The notes: generated by a model not told the origin, from the sequence alone. 32,000 nt of DNA from Prochlorococcus marinus subsp. pastoris str. CCMP1986 (GCF_000011465.1 NC_005072.1:30001-62000); one strand, 5' to 3'. Shown: positions 19,482 to 28,175, counted from the first letter of the stretch. A program made the numbers and translations.

Positions 19482-20591
19482 TTATACTTCAAATCTATTG
19501 AAACTAAATTTTTTAAGGAAAGTAGTTTCAATATTGTTGAGAGTTTTCTCTTGAATTAATTTGAACATAATATCGCTTGTAATTGCCGAAAAGAGTACTC
19601 CATTCCTGTAATGTCCGGTAGCTACATAAAGATTGACGATTTGAGTTTTTCCAATAATAGGCTTGAAGTCAGGTGTACAAGGCCTGAATCCCCACCAATG
19701 TTCCATTTGTGGCCAGTTTAATGCTTCTGGTAATAAAGATTTAATACCCTCCTGAAGTTGATTTATGCCCTTTGGTGTATTTCCTTGATTAAATTCGGCC
19801 TTATCTTCAACGGTTGCTCCAACAACTATAAGGCCATCGTCTCTAGGAACTAAGTAAGTATTAGGACCAAAAAGAACTCTTTTAATAGAATTTTCTGGAC
19901 CTTGTATTGAAAGCATTTGTCCCTTTACAGGAAAGATTGGTAAATTTTTTAAAACTTTTTTACTCCAAGCACCGCAGCATAAAATTACTTTTTCCCCCAA
20001 AATATTTTTTATTTCTCCAGTAGCGTTTAAAACTTTTGCACCAAGAATTTTATTTTGTTCTAAGATTAATTCTTTTACATCTGCTCCTTCTTGGAACTTG
20101 ACCCCATGCAAAGAACATGCACGCTCCAGAGCACGCATAAGCCTCCTTCTATTATCTATTTGGCCGTCTTGTTCAAAAAGTAATCCATGCTCCCAATTTG
20201 TATTTATTCCACTGATTTCTTTCTTTAGGTTTTTCTGATTTAAATATTTTCCATATTTATAAGTTTTGAATTTCTTCAATTTTTTTAAATTTTCAAACGG
20301 TACTACTATTCCACTTTTTTTTAAACCACAATCAATACCACTATCTTGTTCGATATTTTTAATCCATCCTGGAATTAAATTTTGACTTTGTTGTCCAAAT
20401 ATGAATAATTCATCTTCAAGTCCTTCAGCATGGGTGGCTAGCATTCCTGCTGCAACGAATCCAGCAGATTCGCTTCTGTTTTTGCTTAAAACTTCAACTT
20501 TAAATTTATTACGTGCAAATTCATAAGCAATAGATAAACCTATTAATCCTCCACCAATAATTAAGATTGTATTTTTAGTTTCTGATCGCAT
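19482..20591 (-). CDS. thiO: FAD-dependent glycine oxidase / D-amino-acid oxidase family (ThiO-like)
   Basis: The N-terminus has the FAD-binding motif ILIIGGGLIGLSIAYEF. Length (369 aa) and the C-terminal GHYRNG motif fit the DAO family. The specific ThiO assignment is an inference. Confidence 0.75.
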   Translation of the reverse strand: MRSETKNTILIIGGGLIGLSIAYEFARNKFKVEVLSKNRSESAGFVAAGMLATHAEGLEDELFIFGQQSQNLIPGWIKNIEQDSGIDCGLKKSGIVVPFENLKKLKKFKTYKYGKYLNQKNLKKEISGINTNWEHGLLFEQDGQIDNRRRLMRALERACSLHGVKFQEGADVKELILEQNKILGAKVLNATGEIKNILGEKVILCCGAWSKKVLKNLPIFPVKGQMLSIQGPENSIKRVLFGPNTYLVPRDDGLIVVGATVEDKAEFNQGNTPKGINQLQEGIKSLLPEALNWPQMEHWWGFRPCTPDFKPIIGKTQIVNLYVATGHYRNGVLFSAITSDIMFKLIQEKTLNNIETTFLKKFSFNRFEV

Positions 20592-20671
20592 TTAATTATT
20601 TTTATAATTTAGATATGTTTTGATCCTCTTTTACCTTATATCCAATAAGATTAAGAGAGGAACATTTAATA

Positions 20672-22144
20672 ATGAAAAATTTAGAACCTTGGGAAGCTGT
20701 GATCGGTTTAGAAACCCATGTCCAGCTTAATACTAAAAGTAAAATATTTACAGCTGCATCAACAGCTTTTGGTGATGAACCTAATACTCATATTGATCCT
20801 GTTGTTTGTGGCTTGCCAGGAACTCTCCCTGTTTTAAATAAGACTGTTTTAGAGTATGCAGTAAAAACTTCTTTAGCACTAAATTTAAATGTGGCAGAAC
20901 ATTGTAAATTTGATAGAAAACAATACTTTTATCCTGATTTGCCTAAAAATTATCAAATCTCTCAATTCGATGAACCTTTAGCAGAAAATGGCTGGTTAGA
21001 AGTTGAAATAGCAGAAAAAGATAAAGAAACCTACTTAAAAAAAATCGGTATAGAAAGACTTCATATGGAGGAAGATGCTGGTAAATTAGTTCATATAGGA
21101 AGCGATCGATTGGCTGGCTCTAAATATTCATTGGTTGATTACAATCGGGCAGGTATAGCACTCGTTGAGATCGTAAGTAAACCAGATATTAGGACAGGTA
21201 GAGAGGCATCTGAATATGCTTCAGAAATAAGAAGAACTGTTAGATACCTTGGTGTTTCAGACGGAAATATGCAAGAGGGCTCACTGAGATGCGATGTAAA
21301 TATTTCAGTTAGGAGAGGCCCTAATGCCCCTTTCGGGACCAAAGTTGAAATAAAGAATATGAATTCTTTCTCTGCTATTCAAAAGGCTTGTGAGTATGAA
21401 ATAGAAAGACAAATTGATGTTTATGAGAATGGAGGAGAAATTTATCAAGAAACTAGGCTTTGGGACGAAGCTAAGCAATTAACAAAAAGTATGAGATTAA
21501 AGGAGGGTAGTAGTGATTATAGATATTTCCCAGACCCCGATCTTGGCCCAATTGAAATATCAAAAGAACAAAAGGATCAATGGCTTGATGAATTGCCCGA
21601 ATTACCTTCTAAGAAGAGACAAAAATACGTCAAAGAATTAGGTTTGTCACCATATGATTCAAGAGTTATTTCGGATGAAGTTTTTATGGCAAACTTCTTT
21701 GAAGAGACCGTAGCAAATGGAGCCGACCCTAAACTCGCATCAAATTGGATAACAAGTGATATTGTTGGTTATTTGAAATCAAATAAGCAAAGTTTTGCTG
21801 AATTAAAGCTTAGTCCTATTAACCTTGCAGAGATGATTAATATGATTTCTAAGAAAGTTATTAGTGGAAAAATAGCAAAAGAAATCTTACCAGAATTAAT
21901 TCAGGATAATATTTCTCCACAAAAGGTAGTTGAAGAAAAAGGCTTGGCGATGATATCTGATTCTGCAAGCATTTCGCCTATTATTGAAGAACTTATCATT
22001 GAATATCCTAAAGAGGTCAAATCTTTTAAAGATGGAAAAACTAAACTCCTTGGTTTTTTTGTAGGACAGCTGATGAAAAAAACTAAAGGTAAAGCAGATC
22101 CCAAACTTGCTAATAAACTCATTTCAGAAAAACTAAATAGTTAA
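20672..22144 (+). CDS. gatB: Asp-tRNA(Asn)/Glu-tRNA(Gln) amidotransferase subunit B
   Basis: It contains WEAVIGLETHVQL, RCDVNISV and EIKNMNSF, followed by a C-terminal YqeY-like tail. Confidence 0.97.
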   Translation: MKNLEPWEAVIGLETHVQLNTKSKIFTAASTAFGDEPNTHIDPVVCGLPGTLPVLNKTVLEYAVKTSLALNLNVAEHCKFDRKQYFYPDLPKNYQISQFDEPLAENGWLEVEIAEKDKETYLKKIGIERLHMEEDAGKLVHIGSDRLAGSKYSLVDYNRAGIALVEIVSKPDIRTGREASEYASEIRRTVRYLGVSDGNMQEGSLRCDVNISVRRGPNAPFGTKVEIKNMNSFSAIQKACEYEIERQIDVYENGGEIYQETRLWDEAKQLTKSMRLKEGSSDYRYFPDPDLGPIEISKEQKDQWLDELPELPSKKRQKYVKELGLSPYDSRVISDEVFMANFFEETVANGADPKLASNWITSDIVGYLKSNKQSFAELKLSPINLAEMINMISKKVISGKIAKEILPELIQDNISPQKVVEEKGLAMISDSASISPIIEELIIEYPKEVKSFKDGKTKLLGFFVGQLMKKTKGKADPKLANKLISEKLNS

Positions 22145-22147
22145 TTT

Positions 22148-22762
22148 CTAGACAAGTTTTTTTATTGTATTCTTCCATAACTGTTTATTATCTGAATTGT
22201 CTAAAATTACATCTGCAAATTTAGATTTATCTTCAAAATTTAATTGAAGATTTATAATTTTCTGAGCCTCATTTTCACTGATTATATTTCTTTTCATAAG
22301 TCTTTTCTTTTGGACTTCTTTTGGGCATTTTACTAACCATATTTCTGTACAAATATCCCCAAATTTTGCTTCAAACAGCAAAGGAATAACTAAAAGTAGA
22401 ATTTTATTTTTATCAAATTGATTACATTTTTCTATCATTTTTTCTTTTATTAATGGATGAAGAAGATTTTGAATCCATTTTCTATGTATAGAATTTTCGA
22501 AAATAATTTTTTTTAATAATGCCCTGTTTATTTCATTTTCTGAAGAATGCTGATCAACTATTTGAGGTCCAAAATAAGCGACAACTTTCTTATAGCAATT
22601 ACTTTTCGGCTTGATTAGATCTTTTGAATATTGATCTGCATCCAATATTGGAATGTCTATATATTCTTTTATGTATTTAGCTATTGTAGATTTTCCACTT
22701 GCAATACCTCCAGTAAGACCTATTCTTCGTTGTTTATTGTTTAATTTTGGGTGGATGCTCAT
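22148..22762 (-). CDS. coaE: dephospho-CoA kinase
   Basis: It has the P-loop IGLTGGIASGKST and a length of 204 aa. Confidence 0.9.
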   Translation of the reverse strand: MSIHPKLNNKQRRIGLTGGIASGKSTIAKYIKEYIDIPILDADQYSKDLIKPKSNCYKKVVAYFGPQIVDQHSSENEINRALLKKIIFENSIHRKWIQNLLHPLIKEKMIEKCNQFDKNKILLLVIPLLFEAKFGDICTEIWLVKCPKEVQKKRLMKRNIISENEAQKIINLQLNFEDKSKFADVILDNSDNKQLWKNTIKKLV

Positions 22763-22836
22763 AAATTTAATAAGAATCTATATTGCAGTGTTTTAATAGA
22801 AAGAATAGTTATTATGAATTTAATTTATAAAAAAGA

Positions 22837-24075
22837 TTGATTCAGCTTGAGACTAATTGGTCATTTGTGAGTGATGGTGAAGAAAAGCCTGATGGTTTTT
22901 CTTTTGCAGGGATCGCTGCAGGATTAAAGGATTCTAATAAGAAAGACTTGGCTTTAATATTAGCCCCAGAAAATAGCATTTGTAGTGGCTTGTTTACACA
23001 ATCAATAGTTCGAGCATCCTGTGTAGATATTTGTGAACAAAGGATTAAAAAGTCTTCAGGTCTTATAAGAGCAATATTAATAAACTCCGGACAAGCAAAT
23101 GCCTGTACAGGTGATTATGGTATTCAACATACTTTGTTTGCTACGAAGGAGGTCTCGCAATTATTAGGAATAAATGAAGAAGAAGTTTTAATGTGCTCAA
23201 CTGGTGTAATTGGTATACCGATTCAAATAAAAAATTTAATTGATAATTTGCCTAATTTGGTCAAGGAGTTAAAAACAAATAGTTTACAGAATGCTGCAGA
23301 AGCTATTTTAACTACTGATTTAGTTGACAAAAAAATAACTATAGAAACATTTATTGAAGGAAGAAAGGTAAAGATATCTGGCTTCGCAAAAGGATCAGGA
23401 ATGATTTATCCGAATATGGCTACTATGTTGGCTTTTCTTACATGTGATGTTGGTGTTGATAAAGAAGAATGGGACAAGATGATTTCTATTGCTGTTAAAA
23501 AGTCTTTTAATGCTATTTCCGTGGATGGAGAGACAAGTACTAATGATGCTTTTATAGGAATAAATTCAGGAAAAAAAATTGATAAGAAATTTTTATCAAA
23601 GATTCAATCAGGAATTGATATTGTATGCCAGAGCTTGGCAAAAAATATCGCTAGAGATGGAGAAGGCGCAAATTGTTTGCTAGAGGTTTTGGTTGAGGGA
23701 GCCAAGAGTAATTCAGATGCAATTAAAATAGCAAAATCTATATGTAATTCTTCACTGGTAAAAACTGCAATTAATGGGTGTGATCCAAATTGGGGCAGAA
23801 TTATTTCAGCTGCTGGTAATTCTGGAATTGACTTTAAATTAGATTTCCTTGATTTATATATTGGAGACTTTCAGATTTTGAAAAAGGGTAAGTTGAATAA
23901 ATATGATTCCAAAAAAGTTGCCAATTATATGCAAACAAGAATGAATGGTAAATATTTAGTTGAGGATATAGTATCTATATCTCTTCATCTTAATTCTGGT
24001 TCAGAAAAAGGAACTGCTTGGGGTTGTGATTTGTCTAAAAAGTACGTTGAAATAAATAGTGAATATACTACTTAA
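22837..24075 (+). CDS. argJ: bifunctional ornithine acetyltransferase / N-acetylglutamate synthase
   Basis: It contains GFSFAGIAAGLK, the autoprocessing site region (ATMLAFLTCD), and SVDGETSTND. The start codon is TTG. Confidence 0.95.
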   Translation: MIQLETNWSFVSDGEEKPDGFSFAGIAAGLKDSNKKDLALILAPENSICSGLFTQSIVRASCVDICEQRIKKSSGLIRAILINSGQANACTGDYGIQHTLFATKEVSQLLGINEEEVLMCSTGVIGIPIQIKNLIDNLPNLVKELKTNSLQNAAEAILTTDLVDKKITIETFIEGRKVKISGFAKGSGMIYPNMATMLAFLTCDVGVDKEEWDKMISIAVKKSFNAISVDGETSTNDAFIGINSGKKIDKKFLSKIQSGIDIVCQSLAKNIARDGEGANCLLEVLVEGAKSNSDAIKIAKSICNSSLVKTAINGCDPNWGRIISAAGNSGIDFKLDFLDLYIGDFQILKKGKLNKYDSKKVANYMQTRMNGKYLVEDIVSISLHLNSGSEKGTAWGCDLSKKYVEINSEYTT

Positions 24076-24310
24076 TTGTTAGCAGCTCAATTGGTAAATA
24101 TTCGTTTATGTAAAGAAATAGGATTGAAATAGTTCCTATTACAGAACCAATAAAACTTCCAATAAAATAATTAAATATCTTGGGTTGTATGATTTGTGAG
24201 TTTTCTCCATTTTCTATTTCAAAATCAGGAGAATCAACTACTTTTAGGCGCTGATTAGTTGTTGGTTGTTTAAGTTGTTGGTGTCGGATGAGCGCTTCGA
24301 AATCAGGCAT
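24068..24310 (-). CDS. possible 80-aa tail-anchored protein overlapping the 3' end of the ParA-like gene
   Basis: The ATG at 24310 lies 67 nt inside the ParA ORF in another frame. The N-terminus is polar and there is one C-terminal hydrophobic helix (FNYFIGSFIGSVIGTISILFLYI). The stop overlaps the argJ stop by 8 nt. It could be real, a frameshift remnant or noise. Confidence 0.35.
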   Translation of the reverse strand: MPDFEALIRHQQLKQPTTNQRLKVVDSPDFEIENGENSQIIQPKIFNYFIGSFIGSVIGTISILFLYINEYLPIELLTIK

Positions 24311-24915
24311 GGAATTTGAGATGCAATGGAACAGTAGGCAGACCAGCCCGTCATTCGACGAGGATCTGATCTTCCTAAATCGTCTACAGCTTCAAATACT
24401 GCATTTCCAGATGCTTCTGCTTTATCAAATGCTGAAAGTAAAGGAATAAATGTATCAAAAACGTGTAAACCGAAATTTTCTAACGCTGCTTGAGCTTGTT
24501 GAGCTGCTTTTTGTTGTCTAAAATCTACTTTTACAATTACGACTGCATGGTTAACTTTTAAAGTATTTAATAAGCTGGCTAATTCAACAGTTAATTCAAC
24601 AGACCTCGCTTTTGCGGTCGTGGGTAAAATAACTAAATCTGATCCGTATGCAAGATGTTTAAGTTCTTCTGTATCACTGCTTGCCTGGCCATCAGTAATA
24701 ACAATTTCGGAGGATCTGGAGGCTTTTGCGGCTGAACTAACTGGAAAAACGGGAAATGGAAGATTTCCTCGGGATGAGTAGGCTAATGCTGATCTGTTTT
24801 TATCAGCATCAACTATACATACCTTTTTGCCTTCAGAATGCCATACACTTGCAAGGTGAATACTTGTGCAAGTTTTAGCAACACCTCCTTTTTGACCGCA
24901 AACAGTAATAAACAA
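24244..24915 (-). CDS. small ParA/MinD-superfamily P-loop ATPase (orphan, 223 aa)
   Basis: It has a deviant Walker A that retains the signature lysine (GQKGGVAKT), an A' box (VCIVDADKNRS) and a Walker B (EIVITDG). The TTG start is dictated by the position of Walker A. G+C is visibly higher than in the neighbours. Confidence 0.85.
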   Translation of the reverse strand: MFITVCGQKGGVAKTCTSIHLASVWHSEGKKVCIVDADKNRSALAYSSRGNLPFPVFPVSSAAKASRSSEIVITDGQASSDTEELKHLAYGSDLVILPTTAKARSVELTVELASLLNTLKVNHAVVIVKVDFRQQKAAQQAQAALENFGLHVFDTFIPLLSAFDKAEASGNAVFEAVDDLGRSDPRRMTGWSAYCSIASQIPCLISKRSSDTNNLNNQQLISA

Positions 24916-25065
24916 TTTTTTACTAATATTTCCCTTACTTTGGAGAATAATTTCTTAATGTCAATAGGTAATTATTTGAAAAGTTTTAAAACTTATATTT
25001 CCTAAATACTCTTTTGTGGAATATATAGTTTCGAGTAACCTTAACAGTATGTTTAAAAATAGTAA

Positions 25066-26028
25066 GTGAAAAAAAGAATTGGACTAGGAACATGGTCTTG
25101 GGGAAATCAAGTTTTTTGGGACTATCAAATTCGTAATGATGATGATTTATCTGAGACTTATAAAGAAGCGTTAAAAAGAGGTTTTAACTTAATTGACAGT
25201 GCAGATTCTTATGGAACTGGAAAACTTAATGGAAGAAGTGAAGAACTTTTAGGAAAATTTTTACTAGATACTCCTGCTTTTCAAAAAAAACGCGTTCAAA
25301 TAGCAACGAAGCTCGCTCCTTATCCATGGAGATTGGGGAATAAAGGTTTCACCAAACCCTATCTCAAAAGTTTAGAAAGATTAAATAATAAATTAGATAT
25401 AGTTCAAATACATTGGTCAACCGCAAAATATAATCCCTGGCAAGAATTACAATTATTAAATAATCTTTGTGATTTAATTGATCAAGGTTTTAATTTTCAA
25501 ATTGGATTATCAAATATTGGACCCCAAAGATTAAAGAAAATAATTCAATACTTATCAAAAAGAGATCAGAAAATTAAAAGTGTTCAAATTCAGTTTTCTT
25601 TATTATCTCCAGATTTCTTAAAACATACAAATGTAAAAAGAATTTGTGAAAATTATGATATTGATTTTTTAGCCTATAGTCCTTTAGCTTTTGGAATACT
25701 ATGTATAGATCCTGAAAAAGATGAAGATAAGCAAAATTCTTTTCTACGTAGTTTGATTTTTAAAAACTATAAAAAATCAAGTATTGAATTAAGGAGATGT
25801 CTTAAGCAGATTGCTGTTTCAAGATCAGTTTCACAAGCTCAAGTAGCAATCAATTGGTGTTGTTATCAGGGAGCCATACCTCTTGTAGGAATGAGAAAAA
25901 GGTCTCAAGTTATTGATATATCTAATGTTTTTAAATGGAATTTAAACAAAAAAGAATTTGGAATGCTTCAAGAAGCTTCTCAAAAGTGTTTGAAAAAGAT
26001 GCCAAGTAATCCTTTTTCAAGCTTGTAA
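25066..26028 (+). CDS. aldo/keto reductase family oxidoreductase
   Basis: It contains RIGLGTWSWG, DSADSYG and IATKL, in a 320-aa protein. The start codon is GTG. Confidence 0.88.
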   Translation: MKKRIGLGTWSWGNQVFWDYQIRNDDDLSETYKEALKRGFNLIDSADSYGTGKLNGRSEELLGKFLLDTPAFQKKRVQIATKLAPYPWRLGNKGFTKPYLKSLERLNNKLDIVQIHWSTAKYNPWQELQLLNNLCDLIDQGFNFQIGLSNIGPQRLKKIIQYLSKRDQKIKSVQIQFSLLSPDFLKHTNVKRICENYDIDFLAYSPLAFGILCIDPEKDEDKQNSFLRSLIFKNYKKSSIELRRCLKQIAVSRSVSQAQVAINWCCYQGAIPLVGMRKRSQVIDISNVFKWNLNKKEFGMLQEASQKCLKKMPSNPFSSL

Positions 26029-26046
26029 AAGAGAATTCAATAAATT

Positions 26047-26181
26047 TTATGCAGATAGTTTTTTAAGATTTTTTATTTGATTATTGCTCCAAAGTTCTGT
26101 CGGAAAGTTTGAACCTGTAAATCTTAAAACTTTAGGTTTATATTTTATTAATAAGTCATTAATGTTATTTTTTGTGCTCAT
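26047..26181 (-). CDS. possible 44-aa micro-protein
   Basis: My own translation is MSTKNNINDLLIKYKPKVLRFTGSNFPTELWSNNQIKNLKKLSA*. It has an ATG start, lies in a gap with no other ORF, and I recognise no family. Confidence 0.25.
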   Translation of the reverse strand: MSTKNNINDLLIKYKPKVLRFTGSNFPTELWSNNQIKNLKKLSA

Positions 26182-26340
26182 TTGTATTGATAATTTTTTA
26201 GTACGCTAAAATATTTTTTTCCTAATCTTCTCAGTATTTATACTTATAAAATTCAAAAAATAATTTCTAATACATTATTTTGAAGTAAATTTTACAAATT
26301 AACAAATTATCTAATACTATTTTGTTCAATATAAAATGGT

Positions 26341-26358
26341 GGAGCCCTTCCAGGCTCC
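26341..26358 (-). terminator. GC-rich hairpin at the 3' end of ssrA (GGAGCC-UGGAAG-GGCUCC), followed by ACCAUUUUAUAUU
   Basis: It has a 6-bp perfect G/C-rich stem followed by a U-run on the reverse strand. It could equally be a structural helix of the coding piece. Confidence 0.4.
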
Positions 26359-26406
26359 TTGGATCATTTGGTTGATAAGGCTGATATCACCCCATCTCCT
26401 TTGAGA

Positions 26407-26457
26407 TCAAGCAGCAACTGGTGCTGTTTGACGGGAGAAACTAACGATTTTGTTAGC
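26407..26457 (-). other. tmRNA tag reading frame, (A)NKIVSFSRQTAPVAA-stop
   Basis: The frame reads GCT AAC AAA ATC GTT AGT TTC TCC CGT CAA ACA GCA CCA GTT GCT GCT TGA. It has an alanine resume codon and a hydrophobic ..PVAA end typical of proteolysis tags. Confidence 0.8.
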
Positions 26458-26662
26458 GTTTGTGTTTTTGCTCTAACCGAGCAGGCTTCAGTCATCTTCC
26501 TTACGCCCCGTCGAAACCATTACAACCCCAAATGAAAATGGAGTTGAGCGGAATCGAACCGCTGTCCGAAACATCGGTTGAGATCACCTAGTCCAATTGG
26601 ACATTTATATTCTGGCAGGCAAAATGAGTATTGAATAGCTATTTCATTAATTTTTTAAATAT

Positions 26663-27787
26663 ATGCACGTAATTGCATCATCTCCTGAAGGTTTAGAGAA
26701 ATATTTAGCAAGCGAAATTATTGAATTGGGTGGATTTAATATTAATACCTATAAAAGATCAGTTTCTTTTGAATGTGATTATGCCACTTTTTATAGAATT
26801 CATTTTTTTTCAAGAGTTGCGTTTCGTTTTTATAGAGAAGTATCACGTTTTGTTTGCTATGACAGGCTTTCTTTATATGAGGGAGTTAGAGATTCATTTG
26901 ATTGGTTGAAATGGTTACCTTCTGAAAAAACATTTAATGTTCAAGTTACAGGCAGAACTTCATCGTTAAGTCATTCTCATTTCACTGCTCTTGAGGTTAA
27001 AAATTCAATTACTGATCTCCAACAATCTGTTTGGAATAAAAGATCTAATATTTCTTTAGATAATCCTGATTTGATAATTCATTTACATTTAAATAATGAT
27101 CGTGGGGTTCTTAGCTTGCAGAGCACTTTTGAAAGTCTTCATAAAAGAGGATATAGACCTGCTATTGGATATGCTCCACTTAAAGAAAATTTAGCTTCTG
27201 GATTATTAAAAATAACTGAATGGAATGGAACTAAACCTTTGGTTGATCTTATGTGTGGATCAGGAACTTTTTTAATAGAGGCTATTAATCAAATTCTTAA
27301 AGTTCCACTTAAATTTCAGCAATTTTATCTCTTTGAAAATTGGCTCGATTTTAACAAATATATTTTTTTAGAAGAGAAAAACAAGGCTCAGAAGAGAGTT
27401 GTTACCTTTGAGAAACTATCAAAAACTATTGGTTGTGAGATTAATAAAGATGTTTTTGATCAAGCAAAAGTCAACATACAACTAGCAGGGCTTGAAAATT
27501 ATATTGAACTGCAAAATGATGATTTTAAAAATATTCAATTTAAATCTTCAGAAGGATTAGTTTTATGTAATCCACCGTATGGAAAAAAATTAGGTGATGA
27601 AAACGAATTAATTACCTTATATGAGGATATGGGTGAATTTTTGAAGAAAAATTTTTCTGGTTGGGAATTCTGGTTACTAAGTGGGAATCCAAAACTTACA
27701 AGATATTTAAAAATGAAATCTTCTTTGAAAATACCTGTGAGTAATGGAGGCATTGATTGCAGATGGATAAAATATTTAATAAGATAA
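26663..27787 (+). CDS. THUMP-domain SAM-dependent RNA methyltransferase (RlmL/RlmK N-terminal-like, UPF0020)
   Basis: It has an N-terminal THUMP-like region, SAM motif I (VDLMCGSGTFLIEA) and motif IV (CNPPYG). Confidence 0.85.
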   Translation: MHVIASSPEGLEKYLASEIIELGGFNINTYKRSVSFECDYATFYRIHFFSRVAFRFYREVSRFVCYDRLSLYEGVRDSFDWLKWLPSEKTFNVQVTGRTSSLSHSHFTALEVKNSITDLQQSVWNKRSNISLDNPDLIIHLHLNNDRGVLSLQSTFESLHKRGYRPAIGYAPLKENLASGLLKITEWNGTKPLVDLMCGSGTFLIEAINQILKVPLKFQQFYLFENWLDFNKYIFLEEKNKAQKRVVTFEKLSKTIGCEINKDVFDQAKVNIQLAGLENYIELQNDDFKNIQFKSSEGLVLCNPPYGKKLGDENELITLYEDMGEFLKKNFSGWEFWLLSGNPKLTRYLKMKSSLKIPVSNGGIDCRWIKYLIR

Positions 27788-27788
27788 T

Positions 27789-28175
27789 TTATTTTTTTCC
27801 TAATACTGCTTTTGTTGTTTTACCCAAACCTTCTAGTGTTTGGGGTAGATAAGGTCCTTTAGCAAGTTTTCCTCCAAGCTTTAAGCTCAAACCTGCAAGA
27901 AATAAATCAACAAATATTATCAAAAGTAAATTATATTCTGTTGCCCAATTATTCAACTTACTAAGAGTCAGATAAAAAATAACATGAATAGATATTAAAA
28001 CTAATAATAATAAAATTCCACCCATAGCAATAAATACTCCCCCACTTATTAATCTTCTCTTTTCTCTATCAACTTCTTGAAGTGCTATTCGAACATGCAA
28101 ATCCATTACCGAACTAGCAATTGCAGAGATTCTTGAAGCTGTATTAGCAAAGTTTTTGTTTTTGGGTTTATCCAT
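27789..28175 (-). CDS. YqjE-like two-helix membrane protein (holin-X / Phage_holin_3_6-like family)
   Basis: An N-terminal amphipathic segment (VMDLHVRIALQEVDREKRRLISG) is followed by two TM helices. This pattern and the size (128 aa) resemble E. coli YqjE. Its ATG directly abuts the upstream stop codon. Confidence 0.6.
   Translation of the reverse strand: MDKPKNKNFANTASRISAIASSVMDLHVRIALQEVDREKRRLISGGVFIAMGGILLLLVLISIHVIFYLTLSKLNNWATEYNLLLIIFVDLFLAGLSLKLGGKLAKGPYLPQTLEGLGKTTKAVLGKK

Larger units (their letters stand above)
26338..26600 (-). ncRNA. ssrA: circularly permuted (two-piece) tmRNA gene: acceptor piece ~26600..26539, 9-nt spacer, coding piece 26529..~26338; outer ends approximate
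   Basis: The reverse strand reads T-arm AGCGG-TTCGATT-CCGCT, then CAACTCC+A ending at 26539, then TTTTCATTT, then GGGGTTGTAATGGTTTCGACGGGG starting at 26529. The acceptor stem has a G3:U pair. The tag reading frame follows. This is the most GC-rich patch in the window. Confidence 0.85.

Noticed and set aside
21139-22122. Two minus-strand ORFs (21139..21342 and 21901..22122)
   Set aside because: Both lie antisense inside gatB.
24244-24320. Programmed ribosomal frameshift joining the ParA-like ORF to the 80-aa ORF
   Set aside because: I saw no slippery heptamer or downstream structure in the overlap. A simple overlap, an indel or a spurious frame are more parsimonious. This is kept only as an alternative within the ParA finding.
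26604-26635. Candidate sigma-70 promoter for ssrA (TATAAA at 26609..26604 on the reverse strand)
   Set aside because: The -10-like hexamer is present, but no acceptable -35 sits at 16-18 bp: TTCAAT is 20 bp away and TTGCCT is mis-spaced. It is too ambiguous to call as a feature without TSS data.
26721-27753. ORFs 26721..26909 (+) and 27535..27753 (-)
   Set aside because: One is an alternative frame and the other an antisense frame inside the THUMP methyltransferase gene.
26663-27787. Methyltransferase with NPPY motif as a possible restriction-modification or defence component
   Set aside because: The N-terminal THUMP domain and overall layout indicate an rRNA/tRNA methyltransferase. No nuclease or specificity subunit is adjacent.
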